NCBI GenBank assembly: GCA_040954595.2 | Contig: CM082590.2 | Location: 1,736,001-1,800,000, forward strand | Direction: 5' to 3' | Source: Balanoglossus misakiensis | Taxonomy: Eukaryota; Animalia; Hemichordata | Length of the DNA: 64,000 nucleotides | In this document: positions 14,380-30,484 of the stretch, piece by piece | Position numbering within the stretch: position 1 is the stretch's first letter | Layout: every line of letters begins with the position of its first letter | Program-made: the position numbers and the translations under genes | Notes under the pieces: model-generated | What the model was told of the DNA's origin: nothing | What the model saw: the letters and a program-made list of their open reading frames with translations, nothing else | The model's database searches: none

Positions 14380-17300
14380 ATCACAATATGTCTATAGACA
14401 TATCACGTACATGGACATAAATGCAAGAATGGACACAAATAATTTATGAAGTCAATGTGAACAACTTAACTTGAAGTCAGTACATTGTAAACAGAATACC
14501 ACAGTTGTAATAATTTGTCTGGTCACAATATGTCTATAGACACATCATGTACCGTTACATGGACATGAATGCAAGAATGGACACAGATCATTTATGAAGT
14601 CAATGTGAACAACTTTACTTGAGGTCAGTACATTGTAAACAGAATACCACAGTTGTAATAATTTGTCTGGTCACAATATGTCTATAGACACATCATGTAC
14701 ATGGACGTGAATGCAAGAATTGACCCAGATCATTTGTGAAGTCAATATGAACAACTTTATTTGATGTCAGTACATTGTAAACAGAATACCAGAGTTGTAA
14801 TAATTTGTCTGGTCACAATATGTCTATAGACACATCATGTACATGGACATGAATGCAAGAATGGACACAGATCATTTATGAAGTCAATGTGAACAACTTT
14901 ACTTGAAGTCAGTAAATTGTAAACAGAATACCAGAGTTGTAATAATTTGTCTGGTCACAATATGTCTATAGACACATCATGTACATGGACACGAATGAAA
15001 GAATGCACACAGATCATTTATGAAGTCAATGTGAACAACTTTACTTGAAGTCAGTAAATTGTAAACAGAATACCAGAGTTGTAATAATTTGTCTGGTCAC
15101 AATATGTCTATAGACACATCATGTACATGGACATGAATACAAGAATGGACCCAGATCATTCATGAAGTCAATATGAACAACTTTATTTGATGTCAGTACA
15201 TTGTTAACGGGATACCACAGTTGTAATAATTTGTCAGGTCACAATATGTCTATAGACACATCATGTACATGGGCATGAATGCAAGAATGGACACAGATCA
15301 TTTATGAAGTCAATGTGAACAACTTTACTTGAAGTCAGTACATTGTAAACAGAATACCACAGTTGTAATAATTTGTCTGGTCACAATATGTCTATAGACG
15401 CATCATGTACATGAACATGAATGCAAGAATGGACACAGATCATTTATGAAGTCAATATGAACAACTTTATTTGATGTCAGTACATTGTTAACGGAATACC
15501 ACAGTTGTAATAATTTGTCAGGTCGTAATATGTCTATAGACACATCATGTACATGGGCATGAATGCAAGAATGGACACAGATCATTTATGAAGTCAATAT
15601 GAACAACTTTACTTGAAGTCAGTACATTGTAAACAGAATACCAGAGTTGTAATAATTTGTCTGGTCACAATATGTCTATAGACGCATCATGTACATGAAC
15701 ATGAATGCAAGAATGGACATGCACAGATCATTTATGAAGTCAATGTGAACAACTTTACTTGAAGTCAGTAAATTGTAAACAGAATACCAGAGTTGTAATA
15801 ATTTGTCTGGTCACAATATGTCTATAGACACATCATGTACATGGACACGAATGAAAGAATGCACACAGATCATTTATGAAGTCAATGTGAACAACTTTAC
15901 TTGAAGTCAGTAAATTGTAAACAGAATACCAGAGTTGTAATAATTTGTCTGGTCACAATATGTCTATAGACACATCATGTACATGGACATGAATACAAGA
16001 ATGGACACAGATCATTTATGAAGTCAATGTGAAAAACTTTACTTGAAGTCAGTAAATTGTAAACAGAATACCAGAGTTGTAATAATTTGTCTGGTCACAA
16101 TATGTCTATAGACACATCATGTACATGGACACGAATGCACACAGATCATTTATGAAGTCAATGTAAACAACTTTACTTGAAGTCAATACATTGTAAACAG
16201 AATACCACAGTTGTAATAATTTGTCTGGTCACAATATGTCTATAGACACATCATGTACATGGACATGAATGCAAGAATGGACACAGATCATTTATGAAGT
16301 CAATGTGAACAACTTTACTTGAAGTCAGTAAATTGTAAACAGAATACCAGAGTTGTAATAATTTGTCTGGTCACAATATGTCTATAGACACATCATGTAC
16401 ATGGACACGAATGAAAGAATGCACACAGATCATTTATGAAGTCAATGTGAACAACTTTACTTGAAGTCAGTAAATTGTAAACAGAATACCAGAGTTGTAA
16501 TAATTTGTCTGGTCACAATATGTCTATAGACACATCACGTACATGGACATGAATGCAAGAATGGACACAGATCATTTATGAAGTCAATGTGAACAACTTT
16601 ACTTGAAGTCAGTACATTGTAAACAGAATACCACAGTTGTAATAATTTGTCTGGTCACAATATGTCTATAGACACATCACGTACATGGACATGAATGCAA
16701 GAATGGACACAGATCATTTATGAAGTCAATGTGAACAACTTTACTTGAAGTCAGTACATTGTAAACAGAATACCAGAGTTGTAATAATTTGTCTGGTCAC
16801 AATATGTCTATAGACGCATCATGTACATGAACATGAATGCAAGAATGGACCCAGATCATTCATGAAGTCAATATGAACAACTTTATTTGATGTCAGTACA
16901 TTGTTAACGGAATACCACAGTTGTAATAATTTGTCAGGTCACAATATGTCTATAGACACATCATGTACATGGGCATGAATGCAAGAATGGACACAGATCA
17001 TTTATGAAGTCAATGTGAACAACTTTACTTGAAGTCAGTAAATTGTAAACAGAATACCAGAGTTGTAATAATTTGTCTGGTCACAATATGTCTATAGACA
17101 CATCATGTACATGGACATGAATACAAGAATGGACACAGATCATTTATGAAGTCAATGTGAAAAACTTTACTTGAAGTCAGTAAATTGTAAACAGAATACC
17201 AGAGTTGTAATAATTTGTCTGGTCACAATATGTCTATAGACACATCATGTACATGGACACGAATGCACACAGATCATTTATGAAGTCAATGTGAACAACT

Positions 17301-20300
17301 TTACTTGAAGTCAATACATTGTAAACAGAATACCACAGTTGTAATAATTTGTCTGGTCACAATATGTCTATAGACACATCATGTACATGGACATGAATGC
17401 AAGAATGGACACAGATCATTTATGAAGTCAATGTGAACAACTTTACTTGAAGTCAGTAAATTGTAAACAGAATACCAGAGTTGTAATAATTTGTCTGGTC
17501 ACAATATGTCTATAGACACATCATGTACATGGACACGAATGAAAGAATGCACACAGATCATTTATGAAGTCAATGTGAACAACTTTACTTGAAGTCAGTA
17601 AATTGTAAACAGAATACCAGAGTTGTAATAATTTGTCTGGTCACAATATGTCTATAGACACATCACGTACATGGACATGAATGCAAGAATGGACACAGAT
17701 CATTTATGAAGTCAATGTGAACAACTTTACTTGAAGTCAGTACATTGTAAACAGAATACCACAGTTGTAATAATTTGTCTGGTCACAATATGTCTATAGA
17801 CACATCACGTACATGGACATGAATGCAAGAATGGACACAGATCATTTATGAAGTCAATGTGAACAACTTTACTTGAAGTCAGTACATTGTAAACAGAATA
17901 CCAGAGTTGTAATAATTTGTCTGGTCACAATATGTCTATAGACGCATCATGTACATGAACATGAATGCAAGAATGGACCCAGATCATTCATGAAGTCAAT
18001 ATGAACAACTTTATTTGATGTCAGTACATTGTTAACGGAATACCACAGTTGTAATAATTTGTCAGGTCACAATATGTCTATAGACACATCATGTACATGG
18101 GCATGAATGCAAGAATGGACACAGATCATTTATGAAGTCAATGTGAACAACTTTACTTGAAGTCAGTACATTGTAAACAGAATACCACAGTTGTAATAAT
18201 TTGTCTGGACACAATATGTCTATAGACACATCACGTACATGGACATGAATGCAAGAATGGACACAGATCATTTATGAAGTCAATGTGAACAACTTTACTT
18301 GAAGTCAGTAAATTGTAAACAGAATACCAGAGTTGTAATAATTTGTCTGGTCACAATATGTCTATAGACACATCATGTACATGGACATGAATGCAAGAAT
18401 GGACACAGATCATTTATGAAGTCAATGTGAACAACTTTACTTGAAGTCAGTACATTGTAAACAGAATACCAGAGTTGTAATAATTTGTCTGGTCACAATA
18501 TGTCTATAGACACATCACGTACATGGACATGAATGCAAGAATGGACACAGATCATTTATGAAGTCAATGTGAACAACTTTACTTGAAGTCAGTACATTGT
18601 AAACAGAATACCACAGTTGTAATAATTTGTCTGGTCACAATATGTCTATAGACACATCACGTACATGGACATGAATGCAAGAATGGACACAGATCATTTA
18701 TGAAGTCAATGTGAACAACTTTACTTGAAGTCAGTACATTGTAAACAGAATACCAGAGTTGTAATAATTTGTCTGGTCACAATATGTCTATAGACGCATC
18801 ATGTACATGAACATGAATGCAAGAATGGACCCAGATCATTCATGAAGTCAATATGAACAACTTTATTTGATGTCAGTACATTGTTAACGGAATACCACAG
18901 TTGTAATAATTTGTCAGGTCACAATATGTCTATAGACACATCATGTACATGGGCATGAATGCAAGAATGGACACAGATCATTTATGAAGTCAATGTGAAC
19001 AACTTTACTTGAAGTCAGTACATTGTAAACAGAATACCACAGTTGTAATAATTTGTCTGGACACAATATGTCTATAGACACATCACGTACATGGACATGA
19101 ATGCAAGAATGGACACAGATCATTTATGAAGTCAATGTGAACAACTTTACTTGAAGTCAGTAAATTGTAAACAGAATACCAGAGTTGTAATAATTTGTCT
19201 GGTCACAATATGTCTATAGACACATCATGTACATGGACATGAATGCAAGAATGGACACAGATCATTTATGAAGTCAATGTGAACAACTTTACTTGAAGTC
19301 AGTACATTGTAAACAGAATACCAGAGTTGTAATAATTTGTCTGGTCACAATATGTCTATAGACACATCATGTACATGGACATGAATGCAAGAATGGACAC
19401 AGATCATTTATGAAGTCAATATGAACAACTTTATTTGATGTCTGTACATTGTTAACAGTATACCACAGTTGTAATAATTTGTCTGGTCACAATATGTCTA
19501 TAGACACATCATGTACATGGACATGAATGCAAGAATGGACACAGATCATTTATGAAGTCAATGTGAACAACTTTACTTGAAGTCAGTACATTGTAAACAG
19601 AATACCAGAGTTGTAATAATTTGTCTGGTCACAATATGTCTATAGACACATCACGTACATGGACATGAATGCAAGAATGGACACAGATCATTTATGAAGT
19701 CAATGTGAACAACTTTACTTGAAGTCAGTACATTGTAAACAGAATACCACAGTTGTAATAATTTGTCTGGTCACAATATGTCTATAGACACATCATGTAC
19801 CGGTACATGGACATGAATGCAAGAATGGACACAGATCATTTATGAAGTCAATGTGAACAACTTTACTTGAAGTCAGTACATTGTAAACAGAATACCACAG
19901 TTGTAATAATTTGTCTGGTCACAATATGTCTATAGACACATCATGTACCGGTACATGGACATGAATGCAAGAATGGACACAGATCATTTATGAAGTCAAT
20001 GTGAACAACTTTACTTGAAGTCAGTACATTGTAAACAGAATACCAGAGTTGTAATAATTTGTCTGGTCACAATATGTCTATAGACGCATAATGTACATGA
20101 ACATGAATGCAAGAATGGACCCAGATCATTTATGAAGTCAATATGAACAACTTTATTTGATGTCAGTACATTGTTAACAGAATACCACAGTTGTAATAAT
20201 TTGTCAGATCACAATATGTCTATAGACACATCATGTACATGGGCATGAATGCAAGAATGGACACAGATCATTTATGAAGTCAATGTGAACAACTTTACTT

Positions 20301-23300
20301 GAAGTCAGTACATTGTAAACAGAATACCACAGTTGTAATAATTTGTCTGGACACAATATGTCTATAGACACATCACGTACATGGACATGAATGCAAGAAT
20401 GGACACAGATCATTTATGAAGTCAATGTGAACAACTTTACTTGAAGTCAGTACATTGTAAACAGAATACCACAGTTGTAATAATTTGTCTGCTCACAATA
20501 TGTCTATAGACACATCACGTACATGAACATGAATGCAAGAATGGACACAGATCATTTATGAAGTCAATGTGAACAACTTTACTTGAAGTCAGTACATTGT
20601 AAACAGAATACCACAGTTGTAATAATCTGTCTGGTCACAATATGTCTATAGACGCATCATGTACATGAACATGAATGCAAGAATGGACCCAGATCATTTA
20701 TGAAGTCAATGTGAACAACTTTACTTGAAGTCAGTACATTGTAAACAGAAAACCACAGTTGTAATAATTTGTCTGGACACAATATGTCTATAGACACATC
20801 ACGTACATGGACATGAATGCAAGAATGGACACAGATCATTTATGAAGTCAATGTTAACAACTTTACTTGAAGTCAGTACATTGTAAACAGAATACCACAG
20901 TTGTAATAATTTGTCTGCTCACAATATGTCTATAGACACATCACGTACATGGACATGAATGCAAGAATGGACACAGATCATTTATGAAGTCAATGTGAAC
21001 AACTTTACTTGAAGTCAGTACATTGTAAACAGAATACCACAGTTGTAATAATCTGTCTGGTCACAATATGTCTATAGACGCATCATGTACATGAACATGA
21101 ATGCAGGAATGGACCCAGATCATTTATGAAGTCAATATGAACAACTTTATTTGATGTCAGTACATTGTTAACAGAATACCACAGTTGTAATAATTTGTCA
21201 GGTCACAATATGTCTATAGACACATCATGTACATGGGCATGAATGCAAGAATGGACACAGACCATTTATGAAGTCAATGTGAACAACTTTACTTGAAGTC
21301 AGTACATTGTAAACAGAATACCAGAGTTGTAATAATTTGTCTGGTCACAATATGTCTATAGACACATCACGTACATGGGAATGAATGCAAGAATGGACAC
21401 AGATCATTTATGAAGTCAATGTGAACAACTTTACTTGAAGTCAGTACATTGTAAACAGAATACCAGAGTTGTAATAATTTGTCTGGTCACAATATGTCTA
21501 TAGACACATCACGTACATGGGCATGAATGCAAGAATGGACACAGATCATTTATGAAGTCAATGTGAACAACTTTACTTGAAGTCAGTACATTGTAAACAG
21601 AATACCAGAGTTGTAATAATTTGTCTGGTCACAATATGTCTATAGACGCATCATGTACATGAACATGAATGCAAGAATGGACCCAGATCATTTATGAAGT
21701 CAATATGAACAACTTTATTTGATGTCAGTACATTGTTAACAGAATACCACAGTTGTAATAATTTGTCAGGTCACAATATGTCTATAGACACATCATGTAC
21801 ATGGGCATGAATGCAAGAATGGACACAGATCATTTATGAAGTCAATGTGAACAACTTTACTTGAAGTCAGTACATTGTAAACAGAATACCAGAGTTGTAA
21901 TAATTTGTCTGGTCACAATATGTCTATAGACACATCACGTACATGGGCAAAAATGCAAGAATGGACACAGATCATTTATGAAGTCAATGTGAACAACTTT
22001 ACTTGAAGTCAGTACATTGTAAACAGAATACCAGAGTTGTAATAATTTGTCTGGTCACAATATGTCTATAGACACATCACGTACATGGGCATGAATGCAA
22101 GAATGGACACAGATCATTTATGAAGTCAATGTGAACAACTTTACTTGAAGTCAGTACATTGTAAACAGAATACCAGAGTTGTAATAATTTGTCTGGTCAC
22201 AATATGTCTATAGACACATCATGTACATGGACATGAATGCAAGAATTGACCCAGATCATTTGTGAAGTCAATATGAACAACTTTATTTGATGTCAGTACA
22301 TTGTAAACAGAATACCAGAGTTGTAATAATTTGTCTGGTCACAATATGTCTATAGACACATCATGTACATGGACATGAATGCAAGAATGGACACAGATCA
22401 TTTATGAAGTCAATATGAACAACTTTACTTGAAGTCAGTACATTGTAAACAGAAGACCAGAGTTGTCATAATTTGTCTGATCACAATATGTCTATAGACA
22501 CATCACGTACATGGACATGAATGCAAGAATGGACACAAATCATTTATGAAGTCAATGTGCACAACTTTACTTGAAGTCAGTACATTGTAAACAGAATACC
22601 ACAGTTGTAATAATTTGTCTGGTCACAATATGTCTATAGACACATCATGTACATGGACATGAATGCAAGAATGGACACAGATCATTTATGAAGTCAATAT
22701 GAACAACTTTACTTGAAGTCAGTACATTGTAAACAGAAGACCAGAGTTGTCATAATTTGTCTGATCACAATATGTCTATAGACACATCACGTACATGGAC
22801 ATGAATGCAAGAATGGACACAGATCATTTATGAAGTCAATGTGAACAACTTTACTTGAAGTCAGTACATTGTAAACAGAATACCAGAGTTGTAATAATTT
22901 GTCTGGTCACAATATGTCTATAGACGCATCATGTACATGAACATGAATGCAAGAATGGACCCAGATCATTTATGAAGTCAATATGAACAACTTTATTTGA
23001 TGTCAGTACATTATTAACAGAATACCACAGTTGTAATAATTTGTCAGGTCACAATATGTCTATAGACACATCATGTACATGGGCATGAATGCAAGAATGG
23101 ACACAGATCATTTATGAAGTCAATGTGAACAACTTTACTTGAAGTCAGTACATTGTAAACAGAATACCACAGTTGTAATAATTTGTCTGGACACAATATG
23201 TCTATAGACACCTCACGTACATGGATATGAATGCAAGAATGGACACAGATCATTTATGAAGTCAATGTGAACAACTTTACTTGAAGACAGTACATTGTAA

Positions 23301-26300
23301 ACAGAATACCAGAGTTGTAATAATTTGTCTGCTCACAATATGTCTATAGACACATCATGTAAATTGACACGAATGAAAGAATGCACACAGATCATTTATG
23401 AAGTCAATGCGAACAACTTTACTTGAAGTCAGTACATTGTAAACAGAATACCAGAGTTGTAATAATTTGTCTGGTCACAATATGTCTATAGACACATCAC
23501 GTACATGGACATGAATGCAAGAATGGACACACATCATTTATGAAGTCAATGTGAACAACTTTACTTGAAGTCAGTAAATTGTAAACAGAATACCAGAGTT
23601 GTAATAATTTGTCTTGTCACAATATGTCTATAGACACATCATGTACATGGACATGAATGCAAGAATGGACACAGATCATTTATGAAGTCAATGTGAACAA
23701 CTTTACTTGAAGTCAGTAAATTGTAAACAGAATACCAGAGTTGTAATAATTTGTCTGGTCACAATATGTCTATAGACACATCATGTACATGGACACGAAT
23801 GAAAGAATGCACACAGATCATTTATGAAGTCAATGTGAACAACTTTACTTGAAGTCAGTAAATTGTAAACAGAATACCAGAGTTGTAATAATTTGTCTGG
23901 TCACAATATGTCTATAGACACATCATGTACATGGACATGAATACAAGAATGGACACAGATCATTTATGAAGTCAATGTGAAAAACTTTACTTGAAGTCAG
24001 TAAATTGTAAACAGAATACCAGAGTTGTAATAATTTGTCTGGTCACAATATGTCTATAGACACATCATGTACATGGACACGAATGCACACAGATCATTTA
24101 TGAAGTCAATGTGAACAACTTTACTTGAAGTCAGTACATTGTAAACAGAATACCAGAGTTGTAATAATTTGTCTGGTCACAATATGTCCATAGACACATC
24201 ATGTACATGGACATGAATGCAAGAATGGACACAGATCATTTATGAAGTCAATGTGAACAACTTTACTTGAAGTCAGTAAATTGTAAACAGAATACCAGAG
24301 TTGTAATAATTTGTCTGGTCACAATATGTCTATAGACACATCATGTACATGGACACGAATGCACACAGATCATTTATGAAGTCAATGTGAACAACTTTAC
24401 TTGAAGTCAGTACATTGTAAACAGAATACCACAGTTGTAATAATTTGTCTGGTCACAATATGTCTATAGACACATCACGTACATGGGCATGAATGCAAGA
24501 ATGGACACAGATCATTTATGAAGCCAATGTGAACAACTTTACTTGAAGTCAGTACATTGTAAACAGAATACCAGAGTTGTAATAATTTGTCTGGTCACAA
24601 TATGTCTATAGACACATCACGTACATGGACATGAATGCAAGAATGGACACAGATCATTTATGAAGTCAATGTGAACAACTTTACTTGAAGTCAGTACATT
24701 GTAAACAGAATACCACAGTTGTAATAATTTGTCTGGTCACAATATGTCTATAGACACATCATGTACCGGTACATGGACATGAATGCAAGAATGGACACAG
24801 ATCATTTATGAAGTCAATGTGAACAACTTTACTTGAAGTCAGTACATTGTAAACAGAATACCACAGTTGTAATAATTTGTCTGGTCACAATATGTCTATA
24901 GACACATCATGTACCGGTACATGGACATGAATGCAAGAATGGACACAGATCATTTATGAAGTCAATATGAACAATTTTACTTGAAGTCTGTACATTGTAA
25001 ACAGAATACCACAGTTGTAATAATTTGTCTGGTCACAATATGTCTATAGACACATCATGTACATGGACATGAATGCAAGAATTGACCCAGATCATTTGTG
25101 AAGTCAATATGAACAACTTTATTTGATGTCAGTACATTGTAAACAGAATACCAGAGTTGTAATAATTTGTCTGGTCACAATATGTCTATAGACACATCAT
25201 GTACATGGACATGAATGCAAGAATGGACACAGATCATTTATGAAGTCAATATGAACAACTTTACTTGAAGTCAGTACATTGTAAACAGAAGACCAGAGTT
25301 GTCATAATTTGTCTGATCACAATATGTCTATAGACACATCACGTACATGGACATGAATGCAAGAATGGACACAAATCATTTATGAAGTCAATGTGCACAA
25401 CTTTACTTGAAGTCAGTACATTGTAAACAGAATACCACAGTTGTAATAATTTGTCTGGTCACAATATGTCTATAGACACATCATGTACATGGACATGAAT
25501 GCAAGAATGGACACAGATCATTTATGAAGTCAATATGAACAACTTTACTTGAAGTCAGTACATTGTAAACAGAAGACCAGAGTTGTCATAATTTGTCTGA
25601 TCACAATATGTCTATAGACACATCACGTACATGGACATGAATGCAAGAATGGACACAGATCATTTATGAAGTCAATGTGAACAACTTTACTTGAAGTCAG
25701 TACATTGTAAACAGAATACCAGAGTTGTAATAATTTGTCTGGTCACAATATGTCTATAGACGCATCATGTACATGTACATGAATGCAAGAATGGACCCAG
25801 ATCATTTATGAAGTCAATATGAACAACTTTATTTGATGTCAGTACATTATTAACAGAATACCACAGTTGTAATAATTTGTCAGGTCACAATATGTCTATA
25901 GACACATCATGTACATGGGCATGAATGCAAGAATGGACACAGATCATTTATGAAGTCAATGTGAACAACTTTACTTGAAGTCAGTACATTGTAAACAGAA
26001 TACCACAGTTGTAATAATTTGTCTGGACACAATATGTCTATAGACACCTCACGTACATGGACATGAATGCAAGAATGGACACAGATCATTTATGAAGTCA
26101 ATGTGAACAACTTTACTTGAAGACAGTACATTGTAAACAGAATACCAGAGTTGTAATAATATGTCTGCTCACAATATGTCTATAGACACATCATGTAAAT
26201 TGACACGAATGAAAGAATGCACACAGATCATTTATGAAGTCAATGCGAACAACTTTACTTGAAGTCAGTACATTGTAAACAGAATACCAGAGTTGTAATA

Positions 26301-29300
26301 ATTTGTCTGGTCACAATATGTCTATAGACACATCACGTACATGGACATGAATGCAAGAATGGACACACATCATTTATGAAGTCAATGTGAACAACTTTAC
26401 TTGAAGTCAGTAAATTGTAAACAGAATACCAGAGTTGTAATAATTTGTCTTGTCACAATATGTCTATAGACACATCATGTACATGGACATGAATGCAAGA
26501 ATGGACACAGATCATTTATGAAGTCAATGTGAACAACTTTACTTGAAGTCAGTAAATTGTAAACAGAATACCAGAGTTGTAATAATTTGTCTGGTCACAA
26601 TATGTCTATAGACACATCATGTACATGGACACGAATGAAAGAATGCACACAGATCATTTATGAAGTCAATGTGAACAACTTTACTTGAAGTCAGTAAATT
26701 GTAAACAGAATACCAGAGTTGTAATAATTTGTCTGGTCACAATATGTCTATAGACACGTCATGTACATGGACATGAATACAAGAATGGACACAGATCATT
26801 TATGAAGTCAATGTGAAAAACTTTACTTGAAGTCAGTAAATTGTAAACAGAATACCAGAGTTGTAATAATTTGTCTGGTCACAATATGTCTATAGACACA
26901 TCATGTACATGGACACGAATGCACACAGATCATTTATGAAGTCAATGTGAACAACTTTACTTGAAGTCAGTACATTGTAAACAGAATACCAGAGTTGTAA
27001 TAATTTGTCTGGTCACAATATGTCCATAGACACATCATGTACATGGACATGAATGCAAGAATGGACACAGATCATTTATGAAGTCAATGTGAACAACTTT
27101 ACTTGAAGTCAGTAAATTGTAAACAGAATACCAGAGTTGTAATAATTTGTCTGGTCACAATATGTCTATAGACACATCATGTACATGGACACGAATGCAC
27201 ACAGATCATTTATGAAGTCAATGTGAACAACTTTACTTGAAATCAATACATTGTAAACAGAATACCACAGTTGTAATAATTTGTCTGGTCACAATATGTC
27301 TATAGACACATCATGTACATGGACACGAATGCAAGAATGGACACAGATCATTTATGAAGTCAATGTGAACAACTTTACTTGAAGTCAGTAAATTGTAAAC
27401 AGAATACCAGAGTTGTAATAATTTGTCTGGTCACAATATGTCTATAGACACATCATGTACATGGACACGAATGAAAGAATGCACACAGATCATTTATGAA
27501 GTCAATGTGAACAACTTTACTTGACGTCAGTAAATTGTAAACAGAATACCAGAGTTGTAATAATTTGTCTGGTCACAATATGTCTATAGACACATCACGT
27601 ACATGGACATGAATGCAAGCATGGACCCAGATCATTTATGAAGTCAATGTGAACAACTTTACTTGAAGTCAGTAAATTGTAAACAGAATACCAGAGTTGT
27701 AATAATTTGTCTGCTCACAATATGTCTATAGACACATCATGTACATGGACATGAATGCAAGAATGGACACAGATCATTTATGAAGTCAATGTGAACAACT
27801 TTACTTGAAGTCAGTACATTGTAAACAGAATACCAGAGTTGTAATAATTTGTCTGGTCACAATATGTCTATAGACACATCATGTACATGGACATGAATGC
27901 AAGAATGGACCCAGATCATTTATGAAGTCAATATGAACAACTTTATTTGATGTCTGTACATTGTTAACAGTATACAACAGTTGTAATAATTTGTCTGGTC
28001 ACAATATGTCTATAGACACATCATGTACATGGACATGAATGCAAGAATGGACACAGATCATTTATGAAGTCAATGTGAACAACTTTACTTGAAGTCAGTA
28101 CATTGTAAACAGAATACCACAGTTGTAATAATTTGTCTGGACACAATATGTCTATAGACACATCACGTACATGGACATGAATGCAAGAATGGACACAGAT
28201 CATTTATGAAGTCAATGTGAACAACTTTACTTGAAGTCAGTACATTGCAAACAGAATACCACAGTTGTAATAATTTGTCTGCCCCCAATATGTCTATAGA
28301 CACATCACGTACATGGACATGAATGCAAGAATGGACACAGATCATTTATGAAGTCAATATGAACAACTTTATTTGATGTCAGTACATTGTTAACAGAATA
28401 CCACAGTTGTAATAATTTGTCAGGTCACAATATGTCTATAGACACATCATGTACATGGGCATGAATGCAAGAATGGACACAGATCATTTATGAAGTCAAT
28501 GTGAACAACTTTACTTGAAGTCAGTACATTGTAAACAGAATACCACAGTTGTAATAATTTGTCTGCTCACAATATGACTATAGACACATCACGTACATGG
28601 ACATGAATGCAAGAATGGACACAGATCATTTATGAAGTCAATGTGAACAACTTTACTTGAAGTCAGTACATTGTAAACAGAATACCACAGTTGTAATAAT
28701 TTGTCTGGTCACAATATGTCTATAGACACATCATGTACATGGACATGAATGCAAGAATGGACACAGATCATTTATGAAGTCAATGTGAACAACTTTACTT
28801 GAAGTCAGTACATTGTAAACAGAATACCAGAGTTGTAATAATTTGTCTGGTCAAAATATGTCTATAGACGCATCATTTACATGAACATGAATGCAAGAAT
28901 GGACCCAGATCATTTATGAAGTCAATATGAACAACTTTATTTGATGTCAGTACATTGTTAACAGAATACCACAGTTGTAATAATTTGTCAGGTCACAATA
29001 TGTCTATAGACACATCATGTACATGGGCATGAATGCAAGAATGGACACAGATCATTTATGAAGTCAATGTGAACAACTTTACTTGAAGTCAGTACATTGT
29101 AAACAGAATACCACAGTTGTAATAATTTGTCTGGACACAATATGTCTATAGACACATCACGTACATGGACATGAATGCAAGAATGGACACAGATCATTTA
29201 TGAAGTCAATGTGAACAACTTTACTTGAAGTCAGTACATTGTAAACAGAATACCAGAGTTGTAATCATTTGTCTGCTCACAATATGTCTATAGACACATC

Positions 29301-29577
29301 ACGTACATGGACATGAATGCAAGAATGGACACAGATCATTTATGAAGTCAATGTGAACAACTTTACTTGAAGTCAGTACATTGTAAACAGAATACCAGAG
29401 TTGCAATAATTTGTCTGATCACAATATGTCTATAGACACATCACGTATATTGACACGAATGCATGAATTGACCCAGATCATTTATGAAGTCAATATGAAC
29501 AACTTTATTTGATGTCAGTACATTGTTAACAGAATACCACAGTTGTAATAATTTGTCAGGTCACAATATGTCTATAG
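14380..29577. repeat. 142-bp satellite array, block 2 (~107 monomers)
   Basis: Same monomer; includes +6 bp (CATGTACCGGTACATG) and -8 bp (GACACGAATGCACACAG) length variants. Confidence 0.98.
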
Positions 29578-29980
29578 GGTCCGTGGCTAATTGCGGCCAA
29601 GTGAAACGCCTATCTGTAATCCAGACCAACCGATTCCTTATTTGACGTTGTTTCCGTCTGTTTCGAATACCGAACCACTATAACCTATTCACTTTCTAAA
29701 ATGTCGAGTGAATCTACAAGTTGGCATTTGGGTGTTGATATTGTATTTCGTTTTTCGATTTTCGAAAATCGAAATACAAACAAGGTTTCACAGTTCTGCA
29801 AATCGTGTGTTCTTTTACTGGAAAGTAAGGGAGCCAGCTATTAACCATTGCTACATTGTTACATTTTGTTCTGTTTTGAGGGAAAACACCCGACGCGACG
29901 TTCTTATTGTCCAATACATCAATGTCATGAACCTCCTAATGCGCCTTTCACTCTACATGCTGAAACCCCATTGGCTTAAC
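29578..29980 (+). repeat. Left terminal inverted repeat
   Basis: 29578-~29897 matches the reverse complement of ~39650-39969; ~29912-29980 matches ~38391-38461 more weakly. Confidence 0.9.
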
Positions 29981-30484
29981 GAGATTTTTGAACTGAAAAC
30001 GGCATTAACAGTGGTCTTCAACGAAGGGGAGGCGGACACGAAAAATATACGACGTCCGATGGGTCAGATGTAAGACATTATTGGTGGTGGTGGTGAAAGT
30101 ACAAGTAAACTAAAACAAGAAGAGAAAATGCGCGGGAAGAGTACACGCTTCACAGTAAACTGTTACAATTAGATGCAGTGTGGTCTCTGCACTCTCCACG
30201 TCACGTATCAATGCAGATAAGGGTCTGAACTATTGGTTGGATTTGGGGGGGGGTGTACATAAATTCGGGTATCCTTTACGAGCAGAATATTTCTTGAATG
30301 TTGTTGGGCTATTCCAGCATTTCAACGTATGACAAAATATTACCCACCTATGCCCCAACCGGATTTATAATGGTCTACCCCTAGCTGGTCTCAGTGCGTG
30401 GGTTTATCATAAACACCGGTTGTATTTTCATTCAATAGCTTTTGATCGCAAGGTCTGGAGTCGCTAAAGTGTCACTGCCGGGAT

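Noticed and set aside
29708-30073. 121-aa ORF mirrored at 39642-39839
   Set aside because: Lies in the TIR; the duplication reflects the TIR, the start is non-ATG and no domain is recognisable.
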